A stretch of 64,000 bases of DNA, taken from positions 1-64,000 of IMG/VR virus record IMGVR_UViG_3300036399_001571; one strand, written 5' to 3'. The notes beneath the pieces were generated by a model that saw only the letters and a list, made by a program, of their open reading frames with translations, did no database searches and was not told where the DNA came from. The stretch comes from a virus. Positions 1-9,360 of this stretch are shown here, piece after piece. Positions within the stretch are counted from its first letter, which is position 1. Each line of letters starts with the position of its first letter. Position numbers and translations under genes: made by a program.

Positions 1-3000
1 GTGTTCCACGTTCACGAGCCATGTGGCGCATTTCTGCCTGTCGCACATCTTCGCGTGTCATTCCAAGAGCCGAAGCAGTGTCCATGAGCGATTCTCCACC
101 CATGCGGCGCTCAAATATCTCCCTGTCGGAGATGCCAAGCTCCTCTTGATTCTTTCTCTTTCCAGAAGACAGATTTCTTGCTTGACGATTGTCGTACTGT
201 GTTTCTAGATAATCCTGGTATAGCTGTGACGCAGCGTACGCAACATCTTGAGTAAATCTTTCTCCACCAGCACCATACTCGTTGATGTACTCATCCCGTG
301 TTTCGCCGTCAGTATCCATCCAATGGTCAAGGATTCTCTCGGCCTCCTTATCGGTGTGGCCAATCTCTCCCAATTCCCAAATCTGGTCTTTTCTTATTGT
401 CGTCTCTGGGTCTTCCCCTGGTGTATACAGGCTTTCCCCACGACGACCCCCACGACGGCCCGAGCTGAGTCCTCGTGACTCTGAATTAGCAAATTGTCTT
501 TGTCGTATTTGTCCTAGTTCACGACGAAGCCTGGACTTGTACTCATCTCCATGCCCCCTGTATTCCAGGCTCGACAAAATCTGTCTTGCTCTTGCTTCGT
601 CTCTTGCTGGTTGCATGGCTTTTAGCTTTTCATCAGCCAAATCGTAAGCAATATCATCATCGACTTTGTTGTCGTCAATTTGTATAAGGGTGAAGCCTTC
701 GTTTTCTTTATCGTTTTGCTTCTTCCACATATCTTCATCTGCAATCAAGAAGCCAGTTCCGTTGTCGGTATCGAAAGAAACTTCATAACCGTCATTTAAG
801 TATTCTGGAGTATCCAGTAGATTGCCATTTTCATCGTGGGTAATCACGATGTCTATGCCACCAGCGATAGGTGTAGGAGTGTCTCTTCTGGAGCTGTATT
901 CACTCTCTCTGAGCTCGATGTCGAAATCAGAGCCATCAACAATGACGCCTCGTCTTCCGTCGTTCAGGGTTACTGTGTTGCCGATAAAATCGGTTCCATT
1001 TGCTGAAGATATGGTGTCCAGGTCGACTAGGTAATCGTCTGAGAATGGGCCACTATCATCCCATCCACCGGTTGCGAACTCTGCGTCAATGTCTCCGCCG
1101 TACCCATCAAAAGATGCTGGTTTTGAATCTCTGGACATTGCATCATTTAGTGCTTCTTTTCGGCCAGAAGAAAGACGAGAACCATCAGTGTCTTGATTTT
1201 TTTCTCCTGCAATGAATTTCTTTATGTCGTCAATCGAGATGTTCCCAGTCATGTCTTCGTAGTACTGGTCGATAACATCTTGCTCTGATGGCACGACGTC
1301 TGGCTCTGAGCCATACGGTCCAACTGGTTCAAGTCCCCAATCGGTTCCAAGTCTTACATCTTCCAGGTCGTCAGAAGTTGGCGCTCCATATATGGCGTCA
1401 ACCACTTCTTCCTTGCCATAATCGTTGTATACATCAATTATTTCGTTGTGAGTTACGCCTGTATCAGGGTCAACATAGTCTGGGTGTATTTCAGGATTTT
1501 TCTCTAGTAAGTCGCTAAAAAACTCGTCGTTATCATTGAGTGTTAATTGGTTGTTTCTGTCTCTTTTTGCTTTTCCAGTATTCCAGTCGCTATCCCAGCC
1601 ACGATTCCTCCACGCATAGGTGGCTTGAAGGATGCCCTTCTTTTCGTCATTGTCAAGATTTTCCCATGACCGCAATTCTGGAGTTTTATCGGAACGACCA
1701 GAAGAAAGGCGTGAAGAATCAGGCATATACTCATCAGCACCACTCATGCTCTCAATTATCTTGTCGTAATCTTTTTCTGCCCATCTCTTCGCAGCTGAAG
1801 GACTGCTGAATGTTCTATCGACATCTTCATCAAGTGCGTTTTGTCCACCATTTCTGTAGATATCAGAGAAACGGGTTATTGAGTACTTACCCTTGCCCTC
1901 GCTATTGATTCGGTACATGCCGTCAATATCTGGCGCGTCCATCTCAAAACCGTCTTCTGTTTCTGTCCAGTTATTTGTTGGGGTTTTCCCATAAAACACG
2001 TAGTCGTCTATGACGTCTCTGGCACTCTTTGGCTTCTTTTTGCCAGAAGAAAAACCAGGTTTTTCTTTTAGAGTTCCATCAGCATTAGCGAGAAATGTTT
2101 CTTTACCTTTATTTCTCTTGACTCGGTCGAGACGCCTCTTCTCAATTCCCTCAGGCGAGAAAAGTCTTTCTCGTGCTGCTCTCGCTCTCTCGGTTCGTGC
2201 AGCCATTTCCTCATTGGAAACCCCTTGAATATCAGCTAATGCTCTTTGACGAGCCCGCTCTTCGGCTCTTTCGGCAGGAGTCAGACCTTCGTCTTCATCA
2301 TCTTCTGCATCCTCGTCAATTACGTCATCTTCAATAACGGGTCTTGGTTTATAGTTCCCGTTTTCATCCCACATTAGGAGGGATTCTTTTCCGTCACCCT
2401 TCGCTTTTGCTCTCTCGTAATTGGCAGCGCGACGCAGACGGCGCTCTTCTTCCCTCTCCTCCGGGGTTGGCTTCTTTTTGTCACCAGAAGAAAGCTTGCC
2501 TTCTGAATTGAGTTTGCGAAGTTCCTGAAGGTCTGGTCCTTTTTCTGTCCCTGAACCACCCTTCTTTTTTTTCTTCTTCAGCTTGTCAACATCCAAAAGA
2601 CCAATGTCATTTAGGTACTCGTTGAGGGTGGCGATGTCTTCTTTTGCCCAGTCCTGCGTGTCTGGGTACTTGGACTTAACATCTGCTCTCAGGGCTGATT
2701 CAATTCCGTCCCAGTTATCTGAGTCATCTCTGCTGTGTGCATCAAGATAGGCACTAACTGATTTTGCATAGCTCGAATACCAGTTACTGTATTCATTGGA
2801 AGCTTTTTGCTTCTCGTTAAACTTTTCAGGACGCTTTCTTACAGAGTCGCCATTCCACATAACACGTGCTTGGTTGACTCCGATTTCGCGACCACGGAGA
2901 TAGTCAGAACTTAAATTGTTATCTGCGTTGTAGCGTGGAACTTCTTCCCAGCCAAGACCCTGCTCATCCCATGCTTTAGCGATTGCTTCGTGGTCTACGC

Positions 3001-5062
3001 GCTTCTGATTTTCTTCAGCATTTGGGAATTGCTTTTCCATGTCGGCAGAACGGTCTGCATGGCGACGCTCATTACGCTTGCCAGAAGAGAGTTTTTCTGT
3101 ATCAGCAAGTTCGGCTCGCTGACTCATCTGCCTCTTTGATGGCTTCGGTGAATTGATGGAGCCAGGACCAGAAGGCGTTGGGTCGGGTTGTTCCCATGGC
3201 GTGCCGTCGCCGACCATGCTGTTTAGGTTTGCGTCTTCGACTGTTCTTGGGTCCCAGCCTGGAGGCGGATTTATACCGGAACCACGAGAGCGCCGACCCC
3301 TTTTACCGCCAAGATTTGGTCGGTCAATTCCTCGGCTTGCAATCGCACGACCGATACGGCGGCCAAGTGCTTTTTCTTCTATTTGCTCAGAAGCTATTTT
3401 TTTTTTTAGAAATTCATAAGCAGAAGATGCAGCTCTAGTTATAGCGTCCTTCGACTCTTCGCTGAGCGGTGAGTTAATCACGATTCCGTACTCGTTGACG
3501 GTTGTGTCAATTCTGTGGTAATCAAGAACTGGGTCAATTACCGACTTGAACTCAAATGCGTCTTCAAGATTTACTGGGATGACGTATGACGAGTCTTGAG
3601 CCAAGAATGGGTCGAGACCCTTTTCCTCAAGCTCTTGCTCCTCTACGCCCCACTCCTCAAGAGTCTTATAAGAGCGACGCTTTCTACGGCGCTTCTTCAC
3701 CGTGTTACGCAAAACCCCAAGAATGAATTCTCCAGGGTACTTCGCTTCGATGTCCTCAACCATCTTGATTTCTTCGTCATCAAGAATGTCGTTGTATTCC
3801 TTCTTGCCAAATCCGACTACAACACCATCTGGGATGATTGCGAATCTGCACTTGGCTTCATCTTCAACCTTGAAGTCAAGAATCTTGCACTTGCCTTCAC
3901 CTTGGTAAAGAACACAGTTTGAGCACTTAACGCCAATGTCTTTTACTTTGTTTTCTGCCGGAGGATAGTATCCAGCCCAAATTCCGTCGCCGTCTTCGTC
4001 AAACTTTCCGTACTTGCGAGCGATACGAACAAGCGATTCGGCAAGCTCGCTCTCTTCTGCACCAAGCTCTGGCTTTTTGTTCTTGTCAGAACCTTCGTAC
4101 TCAACAGGCGCCAATGGAACCATGACCATTCCGCCATTAACTGGCTTCATTGCTACAGGCATTGCCATTGCAGGGTTATTTGTCGACGGCTTATTCGGTT
4201 TGCCCATAATCCCAGGCATTGGCGAAGGGCCAGACTGGACTGGCGGTTTTGCCTGTTCTGCGTGAATTAATTCTGGCTTACCAAACATGTACTCGCTTCC
4301 AGTGAAGTGGTAACCAATTCTGAATTTTCCTTTTCCTGGCTTCACAAAGACCACAGAGTTCTCAGTCGCTTCAACAACCATGACTGGTCCTGCGGCGCGG
4401 CGTGAAAGTTCGGCAACCACTCCTGCAAGCTGTGGTCCACTTATTCTTTGTGAAACACCTTCGTCAAACAGTCCGTCTCGTCGTGGCTCTGATGATGGAG
4501 CGCTTATTGACATAGGCATCATCCCGTGCGTCTTCTCTTCATCGCTCTTAACCGAAATTGTTCCGGTTAGCTGATTGGCTCCATGGAGAACGGGTGAAAC
4601 TTCGTAGAGTTCAACTTCGTAAAGAACGTTTGCCTGAAGGTTTTCATCGTATTGAGCTCTGAGAGTTTTGTAGCCGATTGACCACTCTTGTTCTTCACCA
4701 AAGAAGGCGACGTTTGCGAATGCTTCTCTGCCTTTTTCTGACTGAAGATTGAATTGAACTTTCGCGTAAAGACCGCCGATTCCAGCCATTTTCATCTTCA
4801 TTGGAAGTCTTGGGTCTGATGCTGGAACTTCGTAAATTTCCAGAACTTTACCAATTGGGTCATTCCAGTTGTGGCCCCATACAACACGCGGCTTGCGACG
4901 CTGAAGGCTCTTAGCAAATGCACCAGTAGCGCAGATATCTCCTACAGAGTCCTTGTTTCCAATCCCCGAAACGAAACATTCAACAATGCCCTCTAGTTCA
5001 TCGAGCTTGATGAGACCATTGGAGGCCTTGTATTGAATATTTCCGAAGTTAGAGTTTGGCAT
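1..5062 (-). CDS. Giant prohead (capsid maturation) protease fusion protein, HK97/U35-type protease at the N-terminus; 3' end outside window
   Basis: Manual translation from ATG at 5062 (AAGGAG RBS upstream) gives 1687 codons with no stop to the window edge, which is why the ORF track omits it. The N-terminus has VWGHNWNDPIG, EWSIGY and EVELYEVSPVLHGAN (His/Ser/Glu motifs of HK97-type proteases). It lies directly downstream of the portal. Confidence 0.9.
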   Translation of the reverse strand, partial: MPNSNFGNIQYKASNGLIKLDELEGIVECFVSGIGNKDSVGDICATGAFAKSLQRRKPRVVWGHNWNDPIGKVLEIYEVPASDPRLPMKMKMAGIGGLYAKVQFNLQSEKGREAFANVAFFGEEQEWSIGYKTLRAQYDENLQANVLYEVELYEVSPVLHGANQLTGTISVKSDEEKTHGMMPMSISAPSSEPRRDGLFDEGVSQRISGPQLAGVVAELSRRAAGPVMVVEATENSVVFVKPGKGKFRIGYHFTGSEYMFGKPELIHAEQAKPPVQSGPSPMPGIMGKPNKPSTNNPAMAMPVAMKPVNGGMVMVPLAPVEYEGSDKNKKPELGAEESELAESLVRIARKYGKFDEDGDGIWAGYYPPAENKVKDIGVKCSNCVLYQGEGKCKILDFKVEDEAKCRFAIIPDGVVVGFGKKEYNDILDDEEIKMVEDIEAKYPGEFILGVLRNTVKKRRRKRRSYKTLEEWGVEEQELEEKGLDPFLAQDSSYVIPVNLEDAFEFKSVIDPVLDYHRIDTTVNEYGIVINSPLSEESKDAITRAASSAYEFLKKKIASEQIEEKALGRRIGRAIASRGIDRPNLGGKRGRRSRGSGINPPPGWDPRTVEDANLNSMVGDGTPWEQPDPTPSGPGSINSPKPSKRQMSQRAELADTEKLSSGKRNERRHADRSADMEKQFPNAEENQKRVDHEAIAKAWDEQGLGWEEVPRYNADNNLSSDYLRGREIGVNQARVMWNGDSVRKRPEKFNEKQKASNEYSNWYSSYAKSVSAYLDAHSRDDSDNWDGIESALRADVKSKYPDTQDWAKEDIATLNEYLNDIGLLDVDKLKKKKKKGGSGTEKGPDLQELRKLNSEGKLSSGDKKKPTPEEREEERRLRRAANYERAKAKGDGKESLLMWDENGNYKPRPVIEDDVIDEDAEDDEDEGLTPAERAEERARQRALADIQGVSNEEMAARTERARAARERLFSPEGIEKRRLDRVKRNKGKETFLANADGTLKEKPGFSSGKKKPKSARDVIDDYVFYGKTPTNNWTETEDGFEMDAPDIDGMYRINSEGKGKYSITRFSDIYRNGGQNALDEDVDRTFSSPSAAKRWAEKDYDKIIESMSGADEYMPDSSRLSSGRSDKTPELRSWENLDNDEKKGILQATYAWRNRGWDSDWNTGKAKRDRNNQLTLNDNDEFFSDLLEKNPEIHPDYVDPDTGVTHNEIIDVYNDYGKEEVVDAIYGAPTSDDLEDVRLGTDWGLEPVGPYGSEPDVVPSEQDVIDQYYEDMTGNISIDDIKKFIAGEKNQDTDGSRLSSGRKEALNDAMSRDSKPASFDGYGGDIDAEFATGGWDDSGPFSDDYLVDLDTISSANGTDFIGNTVTLNDGRRGVIVDGSDFDIELRESEYSSRRDTPTPIAGGIDIVITHDENGNLLDTPEYLNDGYEVSFDTDNGTGFLIADEDMWKKQNDKENEGFTLIQIDDNKVDDDIAYDLADEKLKAMQPARDEARARQILSSLEYRGHGDEYKSRLRRELGQIRQRQFANSESRGLSSGRRGGRRGESLYTPGEDPETTIRKDQIWELGEIGHTDKEAERILDHWMDTDGETRDEYINEYGAGGERFTQDVAYAASQLYQDYLETQYDNRQARNLSSGKRKNQEELGISDREIFERRMGGESLMDTASALGMTREDVRQAEMRHMARERGT
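161..3091 (-). repeat. Seven dispersed [LF]SSG[KRD] peptide motifs in the giant ORF
   Basis: KLSSGKR 3080-3091, KLSSGDK 2483-2494, GFSSGKK 2042-2053, RLSSGRS 1697-1708, RLSSGRK 1163-1174, GLSSGRR 458-469 and NLSSGKR 161-172. All are in frame with ATG 5062. Confidence 0.85.
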
Positions 5063-5181
5063 AGCGCTCCTTGGTTCTAAACGATATTAGAGGAACAATG
5101 AGCGCGCTCACAGCAAGTATTGATACAAAATCAAATAGTTTCAGTAAATGAATTGTAAATCTGTTGTTTTACTGAAAGTCC

Positions 5182-7254
5182 CTAAATGAACTGCCCGAAC
5201 TTCCATGCTCTTCGCGATTCGTCCTCGGCAATTTCAAATCTTTGCTTAGCCATGAGATTTGCGTACATGCTTACAACAGCACCACGGAAGGAAGCAGCTC
5301 TTTCTTCCTCGCCCATCACGGATAGCGAGTTGAACATCATCGAAGATATTTGATTGAAGTTGTCAAGATTCATACTCTTGATGCGTGACATCTGTGAATC
5401 AATCTGGGCATTGAGGTCCGACTGATTTATGCTCTTTTCAGACTTCTGACCGTATCCATCATTGTACGTATTAAACGCATCCTGAATGATTGCCGATATA
5501 ACAGGCCTTATGTCCTCGTCCATTTGCTTGTCCCAAACCTCGGGGGAGAGTATTGAGTCAATTTCTAGAGTTCCAGCAAACAGCGACTTCTTTGCCTTCG
5601 AACCGCTTGCCTTCTCAAGCACAACTCTTTGCTGTCTCTCGATAACTCGCTCAATGCTTCTGTTGAGAATCTCGTTCCATCTCGTTAGCGATTCTGCGCT
5701 TTTTGCCTGCAACTCGCTCTCGATTGACTTGTACATCATTCCGCCTGTTGGAACAGATGCGGCTCCGCCTGGAACAGGCTCTGCGGTTGTCGCAACAGCA
5801 GCAAGTGCCTCTGGCGGAATCGTGCTTTGGGCTAGCTGGTCTGGAGCCGGAGCGACTGGTGCTTCAACTTGAGCCAATGCACCTTGCATTGTATTTGGGT
5901 CAAGTGGTGGCTGTCCTTCTGCGCCAGGGATTGGGGCTTCTGGCATTGGTGCTCCAGGGACTGGCGCGCCAGGGACGCCAGGTGCGCCACCCATCTCTGC
6001 TGACGGAGCGGTTTCCATCTTCTTTTTTGTGTTCGCGATTGGAATCAAGTTTGGATTCATCAATAACGAGTCGGCAAGGTCGGCTTCAACTTCTTTTCTT
6101 CCTGAGCCTGTTCTGTACTCATTGTTGCTGATGAGGCCAGTTTGGAACTCCTGCATCAGATATCTTTCACGCTCTTGCTTGTAGAGCTGAAGGATTGGGA
6201 CTTCACTTGTATCGAAGTCAACGTAGTACTCGTCATCAAGTTCATCCAATGAGCGAGCAAGTGGCTCAAGGTGCGGGAGCATTGTTTCCATCCAGAACAC
6301 ACGAATTTCTTCGCTTGCATTGCTGAAGGTTCTTCCCGCAGCGTTTCCGATTACTGACTCTGGAACACCAAATGATGCAAGGATTTCTTCCTTTGTAATC
6401 TGTCGCATCTGAGCGTACGCAACGTCTCTTGGCGACGCAGAAGTGTCCACATAGTCAACGCCATCGTCGGCAGAGATAACCGTCGTATGACCCGCTCTTC
6501 CGATGTTCCCACGGAATCTGCTCTTTAATTCTTCCTTGTCATCGTCTTCGATTTCTCCACGCAAAACGAGCAGACCACCAGGTCTACCGTCGTTGAGCAG
6601 ATAGTTTCTGTTGTACAGCTTTGCAAGATTTTCAATTTCAATTGCAACACCAGCCGACTCAAGAGGCGTAAGTGACAAATATGGGTCAAGAGGGTGAGGT
6701 CTTCTAATCCAGCAAACATCCTCTGGTTTCATTGTGATTTTTTGACCGTAAGGCATTTGTACTTCGTACCCAGAAACAAACTTCTTTGCATCTGGAATTG
6801 GCGCTGTTGATTGAGGAGGCAAAAGGTTAAGACCAATTATTCTTCCGTCTCTACCACGAACTTTTTCAATGAAAACACCGCGTGTACCCAGCAAGAGTTG
6901 AGCGGACATTCTGTATCGGAAAATAAATGAGTTTTCACCAACGTTTGATTTAGTGTTTAGGACTTCAAGCAAAGAGTTGTTTTTTGCTCTGTTTCCAATA
7001 AGCACCTCTCCGTCTGGAGAATTGTCTTTACGAAGAATGATTGGGAGTCGTGCTTGGTTCCCAGCGATTGCATCGATGCATCTTGCAACCCAGGTAACCT
7101 TCTGCATGCCTTCGCGGTATGCGCGCTCAACATCCCATGAGTCTCTATAAGGTCGTCCTGCATAACTTGGGTTCTGCGCTATGGGCGCACCAGGTCCAAG
7201 CTCCTTGGATTGTGCGTTTGCGAGCGATTTATTGCTCGATTGATTCCATGCCAT
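5182..7254 (-). CDS. Portal protein (HK97 family) with Pro/Ala linker and C-terminal extension
   Basis: Portal motifs: WVARCIDAIA, LLLGTRGV, HPLDPYLSLTPLESA, NDGRPGGLL, GVPESVIG, FWMETMLP. It lies next to the protease gene. Confidence 0.92.
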   Translation of the reverse strand: MAWNQSSNKSLANAQSKELGPGAPIAQNPSYAGRPYRDSWDVERAYREGMQKVTWVARCIDAIAGNQARLPIILRKDNSPDGEVLIGNRAKNNSLLEVLNTKSNVGENSFIFRYRMSAQLLLGTRGVFIEKVRGRDGRIIGLNLLPPQSTAPIPDAKKFVSGYEVQMPYGQKITMKPEDVCWIRRPHPLDPYLSLTPLESAGVAIEIENLAKLYNRNYLLNDGRPGGLLVLRGEIEDDDKEELKSRFRGNIGRAGHTTVISADDGVDYVDTSASPRDVAYAQMRQITKEEILASFGVPESVIGNAAGRTFSNASEEIRVFWMETMLPHLEPLARSLDELDDEYYVDFDTSEVPILQLYKQERERYLMQEFQTGLISNNEYRTGSGRKEVEADLADSLLMNPNLIPIANTKKKMETAPSAEMGGAPGVPGAPVPGAPMPEAPIPGAEGQPPLDPNTMQGALAQVEAPVAPAPDQLAQSTIPPEALAAVATTAEPVPGGAASVPTGGMMYKSIESELQAKSAESLTRWNEILNRSIERVIERQQRVVLEKASGSKAKKSLFAGTLEIDSILSPEVWDKQMDEDIRPVISAIIQDAFNTYNDGYGQKSEKSINQSDLNAQIDSQMSRIKSMNLDNFNQISSMMFNSLSVMGEEERAASFRGAVVSMYANLMAKQRFEIAEDESRRAWKFGQFI

Positions 7255-7256
7255 AT

Positions 7257-7457
7257 TTACTCAAGACCTAATAGGAAGCCGAAAAAACCACACGTTATGC
7301 CTGCCACTATCAGCCCGGCAGGTAGAAAAATCATTGCCGCACCAATACTGGTAAACAGTATAAATGAAATCATGAGCAAGTTGGCGAAGGTAGCCCGTTT
7401 AAATAAAGATTTGACGCGCGATGGCAAGGATTTAATCCTGAGCAGTAATTTTGACAT
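7257..7457 (-). CDS. Small two-helix membrane protein preceding the portal
   Basis: Hydrophobic stretch LLMISFILFTSIGAAMIFLPAGLIVAGITCGFFGFLLG. The start was moved to MSKLL (7457) to avoid overlap with terL. Confidence 0.6.
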   Translation of the reverse strand: MSKLLLRIKSLPSRVKSLFKRATFANLLMISFILFTSIGAAMIFLPAGLIVAGITCGFFGFLLGLE

Positions 7458-7510
7458 ATCACCTACAGTAGCGCATTCCGTGCTTAACTGTATCAAGAGG
7501 CAAATTAAAT

Positions 7511-8818
7511 ATGACAACAAATTGGAATCAGGTTCTGGAGTATCTTCAACCAAAGATGCCACCCTTCTGCCCTGAAGAGCCGTCAATAAATCAGAAAGTT
7601 TTTTTGCGAACAAACTCTATTGAGGCATTGTTTGGGGGAGCGGCAGGCGGTGGAAAGTCTTCTGCGCTACTCATGTCTGCCTTGCAGTACGTGGATGTTC
7701 CCAACTATTCCGCAATTCTCTTTCGTCGAACTTTTGCCGACTTGTCACTTCCTGGAGCGTTGATGGACCGCTTTAAGTCGTGGGTTGCTCTTTACGATGA
7801 CATCCACTGGAACAACAACAGTTTCCAAGCGACATTCCCGTCTGGGGCGAGAGTCTCATTCGGTTATCTGAATAACACCGGCGACTACCTTCGCTATAAA
7901 GGTTCGGAATTCCAATTTATTGGCATGGACGAAGTAACAGAAATCCGTGAAAGTGACTACAGATATATGTTCTCCCGTCTACGCCGTCCAGCATCTGGAC
8001 CCCTTTCCTCGGTTCCCCTTCGGATGCGTTCAGCCTCAAACCCTGCACCCAATTGGGTTAGGCAGCGTTTTATCGTTGAAGGTAAAAGCGAGGGCAGAAT
8101 CTTCGTTCCGTCAAAACTAACGGATAACCCAGGAATTGACGCTGTTTCATACCGCCAAGCCCTTCAGGCTCTTGACCCAATTGAAAGACGCAGACTGGAA
8201 GAAGGAGACTGGTGGAGCACGACTCTGGGCACCCTATTTGACAGGACCTCAATAGTCATTATTGACGATAGCGAAATCCCTCAAATAACCTCATCGGCCA
8301 GAGTGGTCAGATTTTGGGACCTTGCGGCCACCGAGCCAAACCACTCCAACCCCAACCCGGACTGGACGGTAGGAACGCTCATGCTTTTCGACCAAGGAAT
8401 TGCCTATGTTTTGGATGTGAAAAAGGCTCGGGTAAGAGGGGAAAAGGTCGAAGAGCTAATAGCCAGAACGGCCTACGAAGACGGAAAGGCTGTCCCGATT
8501 CGGATGGAACAAGAACCAGGCTCATCTGGAAAGGCCCTTATGGACCAGTACGCTAGATACGTCGTTCCTGGGTATGATTTTGCGGCAATCCGCTCAACTG
8601 GCGACAAGGTCACAAGGGCTAGACCTTTTGCTGCAGCATCCGCTAACGGGAACGTTCGGGTGGTCCGCGGAACATGGCTGTCAGACTGGCTTGACGAATT
8701 CTCCTCATTCCCGGAAGCCTGCGACCATGACGACCAGGTTGACTCTGCGGTTGGGGCATTTACACATTTAACAGGGCTCGGGTTGCCACAGCGAGGAAGA
8801 ATCGCTATAGTCGTGTGA
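7511..8818 (+). CDS. terL: Terminase large subunit
   Basis: Walker A GAAGGGKS, Walker B FIGMDEVTE, ASNP coupling motif, and nuclease motifs FWDLAAT, EQEPGSSGK and HDDQVDS. Confidence 0.95.
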   Translation: MTTNWNQVLEYLQPKMPPFCPEEPSINQKVFLRTNSIEALFGGAAGGGKSSALLMSALQYVDVPNYSAILFRRTFADLSLPGALMDRFKSWVALYDDIHWNNNSFQATFPSGARVSFGYLNNTGDYLRYKGSEFQFIGMDEVTEIRESDYRYMFSRLRRPASGPLSSVPLRMRSASNPAPNWVRQRFIVEGKSEGRIFVPSKLTDNPGIDAVSYRQALQALDPIERRRLEEGDWWSTTLGTLFDRTSIVIIDDSEIPQITSSARVVRFWDLAATEPNHSNPNPDWTVGTLMLFDQGIAYVLDVKKARVRGEKVEELIARTAYEDGKAVPIRMEQEPGSSGKALMDQYARYVVPGYDFAAIRSTGDKVTRARPFAAASANGNVRVVRGTWLSDWLDEFSSFPEACDHDDQVDSAVGAFTHLTGLGLPQRGRIAIVV

Positions 8819-8853
8819 GTTAACTATCCAAACCTAATAAGGACACTACTAAC

Positions 8854-9360
8854 ATGACACCAGAAAGAATACTTGAAGTTCGTCGATATCTGCTTGCCCT
8901 CGGTCAAGAGCTTGATGAATACATCAACTCAAACCCAGAGACGCAAGACGCTTGCGACATTCTCTACGAAATGAACATGGTCAAACGGGATATCTCAACA
9001 GTTTACGACTCGTTTTCAGTATCCGTGGGGCAACTAATCGCTGACGGGAAAAACATCCAGCTAAATAACGGCGGTGTGATTGAAAAGAAAAGCTCTTATG
9101 AGCGCCGTGCATGGCAACACAAAGACCTTGCAAGTGTTGTTGCTCAGAAACTTGTAAGAATGTCTGTCGACATTGATACTGGGGAAATAATCAAATCCCC
9201 TGAAGAGATTGCAATGCAGGTTCTTGACTACGTTCAACCTTCATACTGGAGAGTAAAAGAACTTTCCAGCCTCGGAATCAACGTAGATAACTACTGTGAA
9301 ACAGGTGTACTAAAAACAAGCATTATCGTCAGAAAGGGCGACGCAAATGACAAGCAATAA
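8854..9360 (+). CDS. Hypothetical phage protein
   Basis: 168-aa ORF with AAGGAC RBS; overlaps the next gene. Confidence 0.75.
   Translation: MTPERILEVRRYLLALGQELDEYINSNPETQDACDILYEMNMVKRDISTVYDSFSVSVGQLIADGKNIQLNNGGVIEKKSSYERRAWQHKDLASVVAQKLVRMSVDIDTGEIIKSPEEIAMQVLDYVQPSYWRVKELSSLGINVDNYCETGVLKTSIIVRKGDANDKQ

Noticed and set aside
1-5100. Apparent 5-kb non-coding region or recoded stop codons (the track shows only short ORFs)
   Set aside because: A single standard-code minus-strand frame is open from 5062 to the edge, and other genes end at normal TAA/TAG/TGA stops.
8511-8535. GSSGK in the terminase as another SSG processing motif
   Set aside because: It is part of the conserved EQEPGSSGK terminase nuclease motif and lacks the L/F residue.
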